Assembly (NCBI GenBank): GCA_039630575.1
Contig: JBCNUW010000004.1
Span: forward strand, 1 to 64,000
From: Candidatus Hydrothermales bacterium
GTDB lineage: Bacteria > Hydrothermota > Hydrothermia > Hydrothermales > JAJRUZ01
Direction of reading: 5' to 3'
DNA: 64,000 nucleotides
Shown here: positions 29,899-38,165 of the stretch, piece after piece
How the letters are laid out: each line of letters begins with the position of its first letter
How positions within the stretch are numbered: position 1 is the first letter of the stretch
Program-made: the position numbers and the translations under genes
The notes under the pieces: model-generated
Database searches by the model: none
Told to the model about the DNA's origin: nothing
The model's input: the letters and a program-made list of their open reading frames with translations, nothing else

Positions 29899-31023
29899 CT
29901 GACAAGAATCATATCAAAAGTTGATAGATATATACTTTCTTCACTGATCCCCCCTCTTTTTTACTCAATTGTTTTACTCTTGATGATAATGCTTCTTGAT
30001 AAGATTTTTGATTTAGCCGATTTAATTTTTAAAAAGAAAATTCCTCCTCAACTCGTTCTTAAAATACTCTTACTTTCCCTCCCATATATGTTAGCTCTTG
30101 TAATCCCAATGAGTGTGTTAGTTAGTACTTTATATGTATTTGGAAATATGGGACAAGATAAAGAAATTTTGGCTCTTTCAACAAGTGGAGTCTCTCTTTT
30201 TAGGATAACGAAAATACCACTTTTGTTTTCAATAATACTTTTTTTATGCTTAATATACTTTAATGGTTTTTTTGTTCCTCAAGTTAATCACCTACTTAAA
30301 AAGAAAATCTACTACATGTATAGATATAAACCATCCATAGTGTTAATGGAGAAAATTTTTAACGAAATAGGTGGAATGAGTATATATGTGGAAAAAAAAG
30401 AAGGAAATGGAAATATACTTAAAAATATTAAAATTTTTCAGAAAGACAGAGAGATTTCTCAGATTATAAACGCAAAAGAAGGTTTAATAAAGAGGATAAA
30501 GGATGGTTATATTTTAATTTTAAAAGATGGAATAATAAAGGAGAAAAAAGAAGGTGAAGTGAATGTAAGGAAGGTTGAATTTAAAGAGCACAGAATATAC
30601 ATTGCGGATAAGAAAGAAGAGGAGACTGAAATTTTGTATAAAAGTGATAGGGAGTTAACTTTAAAGGAACTTTTTGTTAATATAGAAAAAAACGTAGAAA
30701 AATTAAGAAAAAATAAAGGTGATAATAAACTTTTGTTTTTACAAACACAGCGTTATTGGGTAGAAGTTCATAAAAAATTTTCTATTCCTTTTGCGAGTAT
30801 AGTTTTTGTAATAATTGGTATCCCTCTTGCAAAAATATTTGGAAGATCAGGGTGGGGATCTGCCTTTGGAATCTCAATTATAGTATTTACTTTTCATTAT
30901 ATTCTTCTTGTAGCAGGTGAGGAACTGGCTGATAGAGGTTTAATTTCAACCTTTTTAGCGATGTGGACCGGAAATATCATCACACTTTTGACTGGGATTT
31001 ATCTTATTTATAAAACCAGATAA
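29899..31023 (+). CDS. LptF/LptG family LPS export permease; probable non-canonical start
   Basis: DKEILALSTSGVS, EVHKKFSIPFA, AMWTGN. The frame extends upstream of TTG 29980 to ...IISKVDRYIL (family N-terminus), where only CTG/ATA/ATC starts are available. Confidence 0.85.
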   Translation: MTRIISKVDRYILSSLIPPLFYSIVLLLMIMLLDKIFDLADLIFKKKIPPQLVLKILLLSLPYMLALVIPMSVLVSTLYVFGNMGQDKEILALSTSGVSLFRITKIPLLFSIILFLCLIYFNGFFVPQVNHLLKKKIYYMYRYKPSIVLMEKIFNEIGGMSIYVEKKEGNGNILKNIKIFQKDREISQIINAKEGLIKRIKDGYILILKDGIIKEKKEGEVNVRKVEFKEHRIYIADKKEEETEILYKSDRELTLKELFVNIEKNVEKLRKNKGDNKLLFLQTQRYWVEVHKKFSIPFASIVFVIIGIPLAKIFGRSGWGSAFGISIIVFTFHYILLVAGEELADRGLISTFLAMWTGNIITLLTGIYLIYKTR

Positions 31024-31950
31024 ATAATCGTAAAATTTTTTTTCTATATTTATTTTAATTTCAGGATAAATTATAAAATCCTCTCTTAAGGGCATCCTTA
31101 CAAGATCTTTCTCTGTTGTTATTATATAATCACATTTTAATCTTTCTTTCAATTTTAAAATTCTATCTACGTCTTTTTGACTATAATAGTGATGATCCAT
31201 AAACTTTAAATGTTCCACAAGTATGAAATTTTTTGCTACAAATCTCTTTAAAGATGTAGGATCAGCGATTCCTGTAACAAGTATCACATAGTCTCTTCTT
31301 GAAGGATTAATCACTTCTCCCTTAAGATTTCTAAATCCAATAAGAATATAATTTGCAAAGAAGTAAACTTTTTTTCTTTTATCAAGAAAAGGAACTTTGT
31401 AAGTGTCCATTTCTTTCATTTTTCTGTTAACGATGATAAGGTCAGCAGAAAATATTTCATGTCTAAAGTCTCTTATTGTTCCAACTGGGAAGAACCTTTC
31501 ATGACTTAAAATTTCTTTTTCATCAGTGATATAAATATTTAAATCAAAGTAGAATTTTTTTATCTGGAGAGCATCATCAAGTATAAAGACTGAAACGTTT
31601 TTCTTTTTAAGAATTTCTTCTGCAGCCAACAATCTATTTTTGTGAACACCGATTGGTATATTAAATTTTTTGAAAATAAGAAAGGGTTCATCTCCTATTT
31701 CAAAGACTTCGACTTTTGAATTTTCAAAAATAGTTTTTAATTTTTTCTCTTTTCTTTTGTATCCTCTTGATAGGAGAGCGATATCTATTTTGTTTTTAAG
31801 AAAAAATTTTATTATTTCCATCACAAGAGGAGTTTTTCCACTTCCTCCCATTGAGATACCACCAATTCCTATTGAAGGGTACGGAAATTTTTTTCTAATA
31901 CTTTTTAGAATTAAATTTCTTGTAAAAATAAAAAAAATTGATGGGTTCAT
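30955..31950 (-). CDS. lpxK: Tetraacyldisaccharide 4'-kinase
   Basis: GGSGKTP, LSRGYKR, GDEP, ILDDALQ, DHHYY, TTEKD. Confidence 0.93.
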   Translation of the reverse strand: MNPSIFFIFTRNLILKSIRKKFPYPSIGIGGISMGGSGKTPLVMEIIKFFLKNKIDIALLSRGYKRKEKKLKTIFENSKVEVFEIGDEPFLIFKKFNIPIGVHKNRLLAAEEILKKKNVSVFILDDALQIKKFYFDLNIYITDEKEILSHERFFPVGTIRDFRHEIFSADLIIVNRKMKEMDTYKVPFLDKRKKVYFFANYILIGFRNLKGEVINPSRRDYVILVTGIADPTSLKRFVAKNFILVEHLKFMDHHYYSQKDVDRILKLKERLKCDYIITTEKDLVRMPLREDFIIYPEIKINIEKKFYDYLSGFINKINPSQKCDDISGPHR

Positions 31951-31979
31951 TATATACTATTATAATGTAAAAATAAAGT

Positions 31980-32071
31980 GGAGGGGTGCCCGAGTCTGGT
32001 TCAAGGGGTGCGACTCGAAATCGCATTGTCCCTTAAGGGGGGACACGCGGGTTCAAATCCCGCCCCCTCCG
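31980..32071 (+). tRNA. tRNA-Ser(CGA), long variable arm, CCA not encoded
   Basis: GGAGGGG/CCCCTCC stem, TGCGA-CTCGAAA-TCGCA, GGTTCAAATCC. Confidence 0.95.
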
Positions 32072-32083
32072 CTTATATCAAAT

Positions 32084-33340
32084 CTAAGAGGTAAAAAGTT
32101 TTACCATAATATTTAACCCAAACTCCATAACACTCCATGGTGTACCTGCATGAAAAGGTCTTAAATTCCTAAATCTCCAAGGTAAATACATACCAAGTAG
32201 CTTCTTTCCCAACCTCCAAATCCCTGATGATCCCACTCTATAATTTTCCATTTCAGATTCCTTGACTCTTACAGGTTGTTCTGATAATTGGGTAAGTTCA
32301 AGCGGAACCTTAGCAAATGTTGCCTTATCAAATTGTTCCATTATACACATACTAGTTGGAATAAAAAAGGATTTAAAATTTTTTTTCTCTATCTCAGAAT
32401 ATAAGTGCTCAGCTACTGTATCACCCTGTAAAAGAGCCAAAAAAGCTTGTTTTACTGGAAAATCTCCAACATCACCCACAGCATATATATTAGGATAATC
32501 AACAGTTTGTCTTGTATCAAATTTTGTTTTTATAAAACCTCTTTCATCTGTTTTTAAATTAGAAAGTTTCACAGAAGAAAAATATGGAGGAAAAGAAATA
32601 AGAAGGTCAAAAGGTAAAGATTTACCATTTTTATATTTAACTTCTTTTGGTTCAACTTTCTCCACTACATACTCCGTATAACCTGTAATCTTTCTCTTTT
32701 CAAACTCCTGTGAAACCAAGTTATGTAATCTTGGTCCAAAAGCCTGAATAAAGCTCCTTTCATAAGTTGTGTAAACTATGTTTACCATATCTCTTACATT
32801 CTTCTTTCTTAAGTATGTGTCTAGCATAAAAACTATTTCATAAAGTGGTCCGGAACATTTGTTGTTGGGTGGAACAAGGAATAAAACCTCTTGTCTTTTA
32901 CCTTCCTTTGCACCATCAATTAGCTTGTTTATCGATTCCCTCAACTTGAGCATTTCTTCTGGAGTCCATATTGTATTTGCATACTCTGAAAGACCACTTA
33001 TCTCCTCTGGTGTCATTTTCGCTCCTACTGCTATAACTAAATAATCATAATCAAGAGTTTTTTCATCCACATAAACTTTTTGTTTTGACGGATCAACATC
33101 TAAAAGAGTTGCTTTTAAAAAATTTACTCCTAATTTTTTTGCAGCATCAAGATAACTGAACATAAGCTCTTTAGGATCTTTTCCAAAAGGTATGTAAATT
33201 GTGTTAGGCTTAAAAAGAAAATAATCTTTATCGGATACAAGAGTAATATCAACTTTTTTTGTTAGTTTATATAGGAGGTAAGAAGCAACCTCAAGACCTC
33301 CAAATCCACCGCCAACTATCACTACTTTTGTATTTTTCAT
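32084..33340 (-). CDS. sqr: Sulfide:quinone oxidoreductase-like flavoprotein
   Basis: GGGFGG FAD motif, FKP..IYIPFG, KCSGPLYE, AVGD, SMCIME (two active-site Cys); AGGAGG SD. Confidence 0.8.
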   Translation of the reverse strand: MKNTKVVIVGGGFGGLEVASYLLYKLTKKVDITLVSDKDYFLFKPNTIYIPFGKDPKELMFSYLDAAKKLGVNFLKATLLDVDPSKQKVYVDEKTLDYDYLVIAVGAKMTPEEISGLSEYANTIWTPEEMLKLRESINKLIDGAKEGKRQEVLFLVPPNNKCSGPLYEIVFMLDTYLRKKNVRDMVNIVYTTYERSFIQAFGPRLHNLVSQEFEKRKITGYTEYVVEKVEPKEVKYKNGKSLPFDLLISFPPYFSSVKLSNLKTDERGFIKTKFDTRQTVDYPNIYAVGDVGDFPVKQAFLALLQGDTVAEHLYSEIEKKNFKSFFIPTSMCIMEQFDKATFAKVPLELTQLSEQPVRVKESEMENYRVGSSGIWRLGKKLLGMYLPWRFRNLRPFHAGTPWSVMEFGLNIMVKLFTS

Positions 33341-33352
33341 TTTGATCCTCCT

Positions 33353-33547
33353 TTATATTAAATTGTTGAAACTAAATTTGAAATCTAAAAATGTAGGGGT
33401 GCAAACCGGAGTAAAATCAGCTGGATGACTAAAAAGGACAAACCATTTACCCTTAAAGCTATAAGGCAGATCAAAAGCTCCAAAGGCTTTTATAACTTTT
33501 ATTTTGGGGAAACTATCCCCAAAAAGAGAGATCCTTTTAAGTTCCAT
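33353..33547 (-). pseudogene. Truncated peroxiredoxin (Prx6/archaeal type)
   Basis: Own SD (AAGGAGG) and ATG; KGKWFVLFSHPADFTPVCT, then similarity ends right after the peroxidatic Cys. Confidence 0.85.
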
Positions 33548-33706
33548 TTTTACCTCCTTTTTTAATTTTTGAAAAATTTCTGTTATATAGAAGGGATAGG
33601 TTAAGTTACTTTTAGAAATTTCTAAAAGATCTACAAATTGATTTTTATTATAGGAAAGAAATACAAGAGTTTTAATTGCGTAATTTGTCTTTCTTTTTAT
33701 AAGCAT
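33548..33706 (-). pseudogene. Truncated Rrf2-family regulator, read in frame into the Prx remnant
   Basis: MLIKRKTNYAIKTLVFLS...LEISK...PFYITEIFQKLKK matches Rrf2 N-terminal helices; the wing (rG..GGy) is missing. Confidence 0.7.
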
Positions 33707-33787
33707 ATTAGTTAAAATAGGACTTTTTTAATCCTATTTATAATAAGTTTTTTTTAAAAATTTTTCAAAAAGTAACATTAAAAAAAT

Positions 33788-33816
33788 TTGAAAAAAAAAC
33801 CTTTCTACTATAATAT
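33788..33816 (+). promoter_or_regulatory. sigma70-type promoter of the lipoprotein gene
   Basis: TTGAAA-17 nt-TAATAT, followed by AGGAGG SD before ATG 33841. Confidence 0.55.
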
Positions 33817-33840
33817 ATAAAATTAAAAAGGAGGAATAAA

Positions 33841-34680
33841 ATGAAAAAATTAATACTAATAATAAGTATAGCACTAATAGCTACAAAATGTAAAGGACCA
33901 AAGGGGGAAAAGGGGCCACCAGGACCTATAAATATTTATGTACTTGGTTTTGTAGAACATCACAAGTACAATGATACTTCTGAGGCAGAGGTTGAAGTAT
34001 CATTTTCTCCCTCAATTCCAGATGTAAAAATTAATGATATTGATATTCCTATTTACTATTTCTATGGTAGCTCCTTTTCTTTTTATAAAGATAACATAAC
34101 AACGCTCTCTTCAGGTACTAACTTAAATCTTAAAGTAACATATAAAAAATCTGATGGAAATCAAGGAGAAGCAATTGCAACTGCGAAGATACCTGGTATT
34201 TTTGGTATCACAAGCCCCTATCCAGAGGCTTCTATACCAGTGGGAGGTTCTTTAAATGTAGTTTGGTCTCAATCTTTAAATGCAAATTTTTACTTCGCGA
34301 ATCTTTACTTGTACTACGAGTATATTGATTTGGTAGGGAATCATAGTAGATTTTCTTGTGATGTAGAAACAACATTAACACAGACTTCGATCACTTTCCC
34401 ACCAAGTGTACTTTTTCCTGACCTTAATGAAATTGATTCTATCTACTATAGTATTGGATATTTTTATGTTTTAGGAATAAATGGTCCAAAGTTAGAATAT
34501 GGAGAGATGGGTAATGTGGAAGGTGATGGTTCTGGATTTTTCTGGGGAGTAATGCTTGGAGATGAAATTTATGTTTACATAAGCGGAACAGAATTAATCA
34601 CAATCCAAAAACCCTCTCCATCTGAAAAACTAAGATCATATTTAAAAAATAAATGTTTAAGTTTTAAAATTAAAGATTAA
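33841..34680 (+). CDS. Hypothetical lipoprotein with short collagen-like linker and beta-rich body
   Basis: Signal MKKLILIISIALIATK-C, then GPKGEKGPPGP; aromatic/beta-strand-rich remainder. Confidence 0.7.
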   Translation: MKKLILIISIALIATKCKGPKGEKGPPGPINIYVLGFVEHHKYNDTSEAEVEVSFSPSIPDVKINDIDIPIYYFYGSSFSFYKDNITTLSSGTNLNLKVTYKKSDGNQGEAIATAKIPGIFGITSPYPEASIPVGGSLNVVWSQSLNANFYFANLYLYYEYIDLVGNHSRFSCDVETTLTQTSITFPPSVLFPDLNEIDSIYYSIGYFYVLGINGPKLEYGEMGNVEGDGSGFFWGVMLGDEIYVYISGTELITIQKPSPSEKLRSYLKNKCLSFKIKD

Positions 34681-34703
34681 GAGAAAAAGGTATATTTTTA
34701 GAA

Positions 34704-35554
34704 ATGATCGATAGATATCTCTGTAAAGTGAAAGTTGATGATAGAGAAAAAAAAGCCTTTCTTCCTGACTCTATAAAATTAAAAGATATAATTGAAAGGG
34801 GCAGAGAAATAATTTTAGTCAATAAAATGTGAATAACTCGTGGGTATTTTTAGATAATATTATTATTAATTTTTTAGAAGAGGAAATTGAAAGAAGGAGT
34901 TTACCTTTTTTTAAAAGTTGGAAAATTGAGAGCAAGAAAGTAAAAATTAACGGTTTTAGAATAGATCTTCTTTTGAAAAGAAAATCTAAAAAAATGCTTT
35001 GCAAAATAAAATCGTGCATAAACGCTATAAATGGAATAACATTCTTTCCTGATAAATCAAATTTAAGAGAAATAGAGGATTTAAAAGTACTTTTAAAAGA
35101 AAAGAAAAGGGGAAATTTATCAGCTATTATATTTGTTGCTCTAAGAGAAGATGTTAAAGATTTTGCTCCGAACTCCATAGTTGATATAAATTATTCAAAA
35201 ATTCTATATAAGGGTATACTTGAAGGAATACACATCTTTCTTATTGTAACAAGTTTTAATCCTGATGAGCTTAGTTTAAAAGTTATCCTATATAAAAAGC
35301 TAAACCTCCTTGAAATTCTTAAAAATGAATATCATTTGTGGAGGTATCCTGAAGTATTTATTAGTAAGTTAGAAAGGATAAATAGAGAGATTTATATAGA
35401 AATGATTGGAACTACTTGCTATCATTGTTCCTTTGAAGAAAACCTTTTTGATTTCTTAGAATTTGCAAAAGAAAGAGAATTAGATTTCAAAATAAGAGAA
35501 ATAAAAAGTGAACCAGGAGGACTATCAGCAAAACTAAGGCTAAAATATGGTTGA
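34704..35554 (+). pseudogene. sfsA: Split/degenerate SfsA-family nuclease fused to a C-terminal CxxC domain
   Basis: OB-fold N-part in a different frame (EKGIFLEMIDRYLCKV...AFLPDS; ORF 34704-34832) overlapping the C-part (34829-35554: RIDLLL, FFPD, FAPN..VD). Catalytic EVK is KIK and RG.KH is REIED. Confidence 0.7.
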
Positions 35555-35580
35555 AATTTAACAAAATTCATTTTTATTAT
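35551..35580 (+). promoter_or_regulatory. Putative leaderless promoter for the zinc-ribbon/mtaB operon
   Basis: TTGAAA(35551)-18 nt-TATTAT(35575)-6 nt-ATG(35587); no SD. Confidence 0.55.
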
Positions 35581-35586
35581 ATAATT

Positions 35587-35769
35587 ATGGAAAAGGCAAA
35601 ATGTCCACTCTGTGAAGCTCAAATAAGCGTTCCAGTAAAAAAAATTGGTTATGAATTCTCCTGTCCAGAGTGTAATGAAAGAATTGTGGTAAAACAGATT
35701 AACCCACTTATACTTGACCTTGCACTCGAGGATTATGAAGAAGAAAATACAAAATTTGAAAAAATGTAA
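35587..35769 (+). CDS. LysW-like zinc-ribbon protein
   Basis: CPLC...CPEC...V..INPL.L and an acidic tail; ATG at 35587. Confidence 0.7.
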   Translation: MEKAKCPLCEAQISVPVKKIGYEFSCPECNERIVVKQINPLILDLALEDYEEENTKFEKM

Positions 35770-35771
35770 AG

Positions 35772-36986
35772 TTGACTAAATTCTCTCTCTTTACAGTTGG
35801 TTGTAGAACAAACATAGCAGAGAGTGAAAGATTAAGAGCCATCCTTGTATCTAAAAATTTTAACTATACTGAAAATATAAAAGAAGCTGACCTCGTATTT
35901 ATAAACACTTGCACTGTTACCCACAAAGCAGATAGAGATTCAAGAAAAATTTTTAACAGAGTAAGGAGAATAAATAAGAATGCAAAAATTTTTTTAACAG
36001 GCTGTGCAATTGATAATTTTAAAGAGGAAGAAAATGTAAGGGTCATTAAGTTTGAGGAGCTTTTAACAAATTTAAACCAAGAACTCAAAGAGTTCAAAAT
36101 TTTGTCTCCAGAGGAATCAGGGCACTCAAGATACTTTTTAAAGATCCAAGAAGGGTGTGACTACACGTGCTCCTTCTGTATTGTTCCTTTAAAAAGAGGT
36201 AAATCAAGATCAATAGACCCATTTGATCTATTAAAAGAAGTTGAAATGGCTATATCAAAAGGTTACAGGGAAATAGTTCTTACTGGAACACAAATAGGAG
36301 ACTATGGAAAGGAATTAGACAAAAACTTTGATCTAAAATTTTTAATTAAAGAAATTCTTAAAATTAACCAAGATTTCAGAATAAGATTATCCTCTCTACA
36401 TCCATTCCATGTTAATAAAATTTATGAAATTCTGACAGAAAAAAAGATAACACCTCATCTTCATATACCTCTTCAAAGTGCATCAGAAAAGGTTCTTAAA
36501 GATATGAAAAGACCTTACACGCTAAAATTTTTTGATAAAATTTTGGAGAAAATTTTAAAAATAAATAGAAAATTCAGTATAGGAACAGACATTATAGTAG
36601 GTTTTCCAACAGAAAAAGAAAAAGAATTTAAGGAAACATTAGAATACGTTGAAAATGCACCCTTTTCCTATATTCATATTTTTTCATACTCAAAAAGAGA
36701 TAAAACAGAGGCTGCAAAACTAAAAGGTCTTGACCCTATGATAATAAATGAAAGAATGAAGATAATAAAAGAAATAGACTCAAAAAAAAGAATAAATTTT
36801 TTAAATTCTCTTCTTTATAATATAATAGAACCAGTTTATGAACAGAGTGAAAATGAGTTTTTGAAGGGTCTTTCTGAATATGGCTTTTTAGTAAAATTCA
36901 AAGGTAACAATCTAAAAAAGGGAGAAATAACAAAAGTATACGTACATAAAATTGAAAATACTTACCTTTTAGGTTATAAAATTTAA
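35772..36986 (+). CDS. mtaB: tRNA methylthiotransferase (MtaB-type radical SAM)
   Basis: GCRTN, NTCTVT, TGC, KIQEGCDYTCSFC, DIIVGFP, HIFSYS.R..T. Confidence 0.88.
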   Translation: MTKFSLFTVGCRTNIAESERLRAILVSKNFNYTENIKEADLVFINTCTVTHKADRDSRKIFNRVRRINKNAKIFLTGCAIDNFKEEENVRVIKFEELLTNLNQELKEFKILSPEESGHSRYFLKIQEGCDYTCSFCIVPLKRGKSRSIDPFDLLKEVEMAISKGYREIVLTGTQIGDYGKELDKNFDLKFLIKEILKINQDFRIRLSSLHPFHVNKIYEILTEKKITPHLHIPLQSASEKVLKDMKRPYTLKFFDKILEKILKINRKFSIGTDIIVGFPTEKEKEFKETLEYVENAPFSYIHIFSYSKRDKTEAAKLKGLDPMIINERMKIIKEIDSKKRINFLNSLLYNIIEPVYEQSENEFLKGLSEYGFLVKFKGNNLKKGEITKVYVHKIENTYLLGYKI

Positions 36987-36989
36987 ATT

Positions 36990-37310
36990 ATGAAAATCTT
37001 AGAAGAAATAAAGAGGGAAATTCAAGAATCCTATAAATCATTTTTAAAGAATCATGTTACTTTACCTGAAGATGAAAATGAAGAGTCAGAAAAAGAGGAA
37101 TTTCTCATCTTTGAAGAGGGGAAATCCTCCTTTAGCTTTGAAATAGAAACTGGCAAAGAAAAAAAAGAAGAAATAGAGGATATCTTAAATCTACTGAAAA
37201 TTGGACAATATGACAAAGCTATAGAAAAAATAAGAGAGTTAAAATCAAAAGAGACTCCGAAAATATTAACAGATGATTTAAGAATATCGAGAGACGAAAT
37301 AAATCTTTAA
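36990..37310 (+). CDS. Hypothetical acidic protein
   Basis: 106-aa ORF tightly following mtaB; no recognised motif. Confidence 0.6.
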   Translation: MKILEEIKREIQESYKSFLKNHVTLPEDENEESEKEEFLIFEEGKSSFSFEIETGKEKKEEIEDILNLLKIGQYDKAIEKIRELKSKETPKILTDDLRISRDEINL

Positions 37311-37312
37311 GA

Positions 37313-38164
37313 CTAAACTAATTTTTCCTCATAAAAAATTTTCTTTATAGCCTCTTCAAAATCTGTTAAAGGTATCTTTAGAATTTTTTTTATTTTCTCA
37401 GAATTTAAAACATCAACGCCCTTTCTCTTTTTAACAAACTCAACTTTAAATTCTATTCCTTTTAACTTTTCAAAAATATTTTTTATCTCCTCTACAGATT
37501 TTAAAACTCCACTACCACAATTGTAAATACCCTCTAAAGAGAGCTCCATTACACCAATTACATATTCTGCAGCATCATATGAAAATATATACTCATACCT
37601 TGCATTATAATCATCGTAGAGATAGACAGTGTCCCTTTTTTCCCTTAAAGCTTTTAGAAAATCTGCTATAGGATTTCTTTCCATAAATGGTCCAAAAATC
37701 CTTGGAAATCTGAGTGATGTAAACTTTATATTCTTTTTCTTACTTAAAACATACAAAAGACCCTCCCCTGCAAACTTCTGCGAACCGTATAAATTATTGT
37801 GAAACTTTGCCTCTTCCTCTTCTGGAAATAAATTGTTATCATAAACACTTGCCGATGAGATGTAAATAAAATGACCACCACTTATTCGGTTAAGAATTTT
37901 AATAGGGTAAATCAAATTAACCTCTAAGGCCTCTAAATAATTTTTTTCTACTTGAAATTCTCCAGAAACAGCGGAGAGATAAACGAAATAATCAGCCTCT
38001 AAAGAAATATCAAAAAAATTATCAAAATAAAAAAATTCATCTTTAAACCAACTCTTTTTTCTCCTTGAAAACGCCTTAATTTTATAATTCTTTTCTTTTA
38101 ATTTTTCATAAAGTGATCTTCCCAAAAGATCTGAAAGACCAAATAATATAACTTTTTTTTCTAT
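37313..38164 (-). CDS. NAD-dependent epimerase/dehydratase (extended SDR); probable ATA start
   Basis: YISSASVY, YGSQK (YxxxK), LRFPRIFGP, YNCGSG. The Rossmann strand KKVILFGLSDLLG lies upstream of the tracked TTG (38125) and follows ATA at 38164. Confidence 0.82.
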   Translation of the reverse strand: MEKKVILFGLSDLLGRSLYEKLKEKNYKIKAFSRRKKSWFKDEFFYFDNFFDISLEADYFVYLSAVSGEFQVEKNYLEALEVNLIYPIKILNRISGGHFIYISSASVYDNNLFPEEEEAKFHNNLYGSQKFAGEGLLYVLSKKKNIKFTSLRFPRIFGPFMERNPIADFLKALREKRDTVYLYDDYNARYEYIFSYDAAEYVIGVMELSLEGIYNCGSGVLKSVEEIKNIFEKLKGIEFKVEFVKKRKGVDVLNSEKIKKILKIPLTDFEEAIKKIFYEEKLV

Positions 38165-38165
38165 T

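Noticed and set aside
29420..29905. Minus-strand 161-aa ORF; also + strand 31670-32116
   Set aside because: They run across tRNA genes and opposite real CDSs, so they are spurious.
29456..32074. Near-identical 3' ends of the two tRNA-Ser genes as attL/attR of an integrated element
   Set aside because: Both are complete tRNAs with different anticodons. The enclosed genes are housekeeping and no integrase is present.
33353..33706. 117-aa ORF as a single functional novel protein
   Set aside because: It is better explained as two truncated genes; the internal SD and ATG of the peroxiredoxin are retained.
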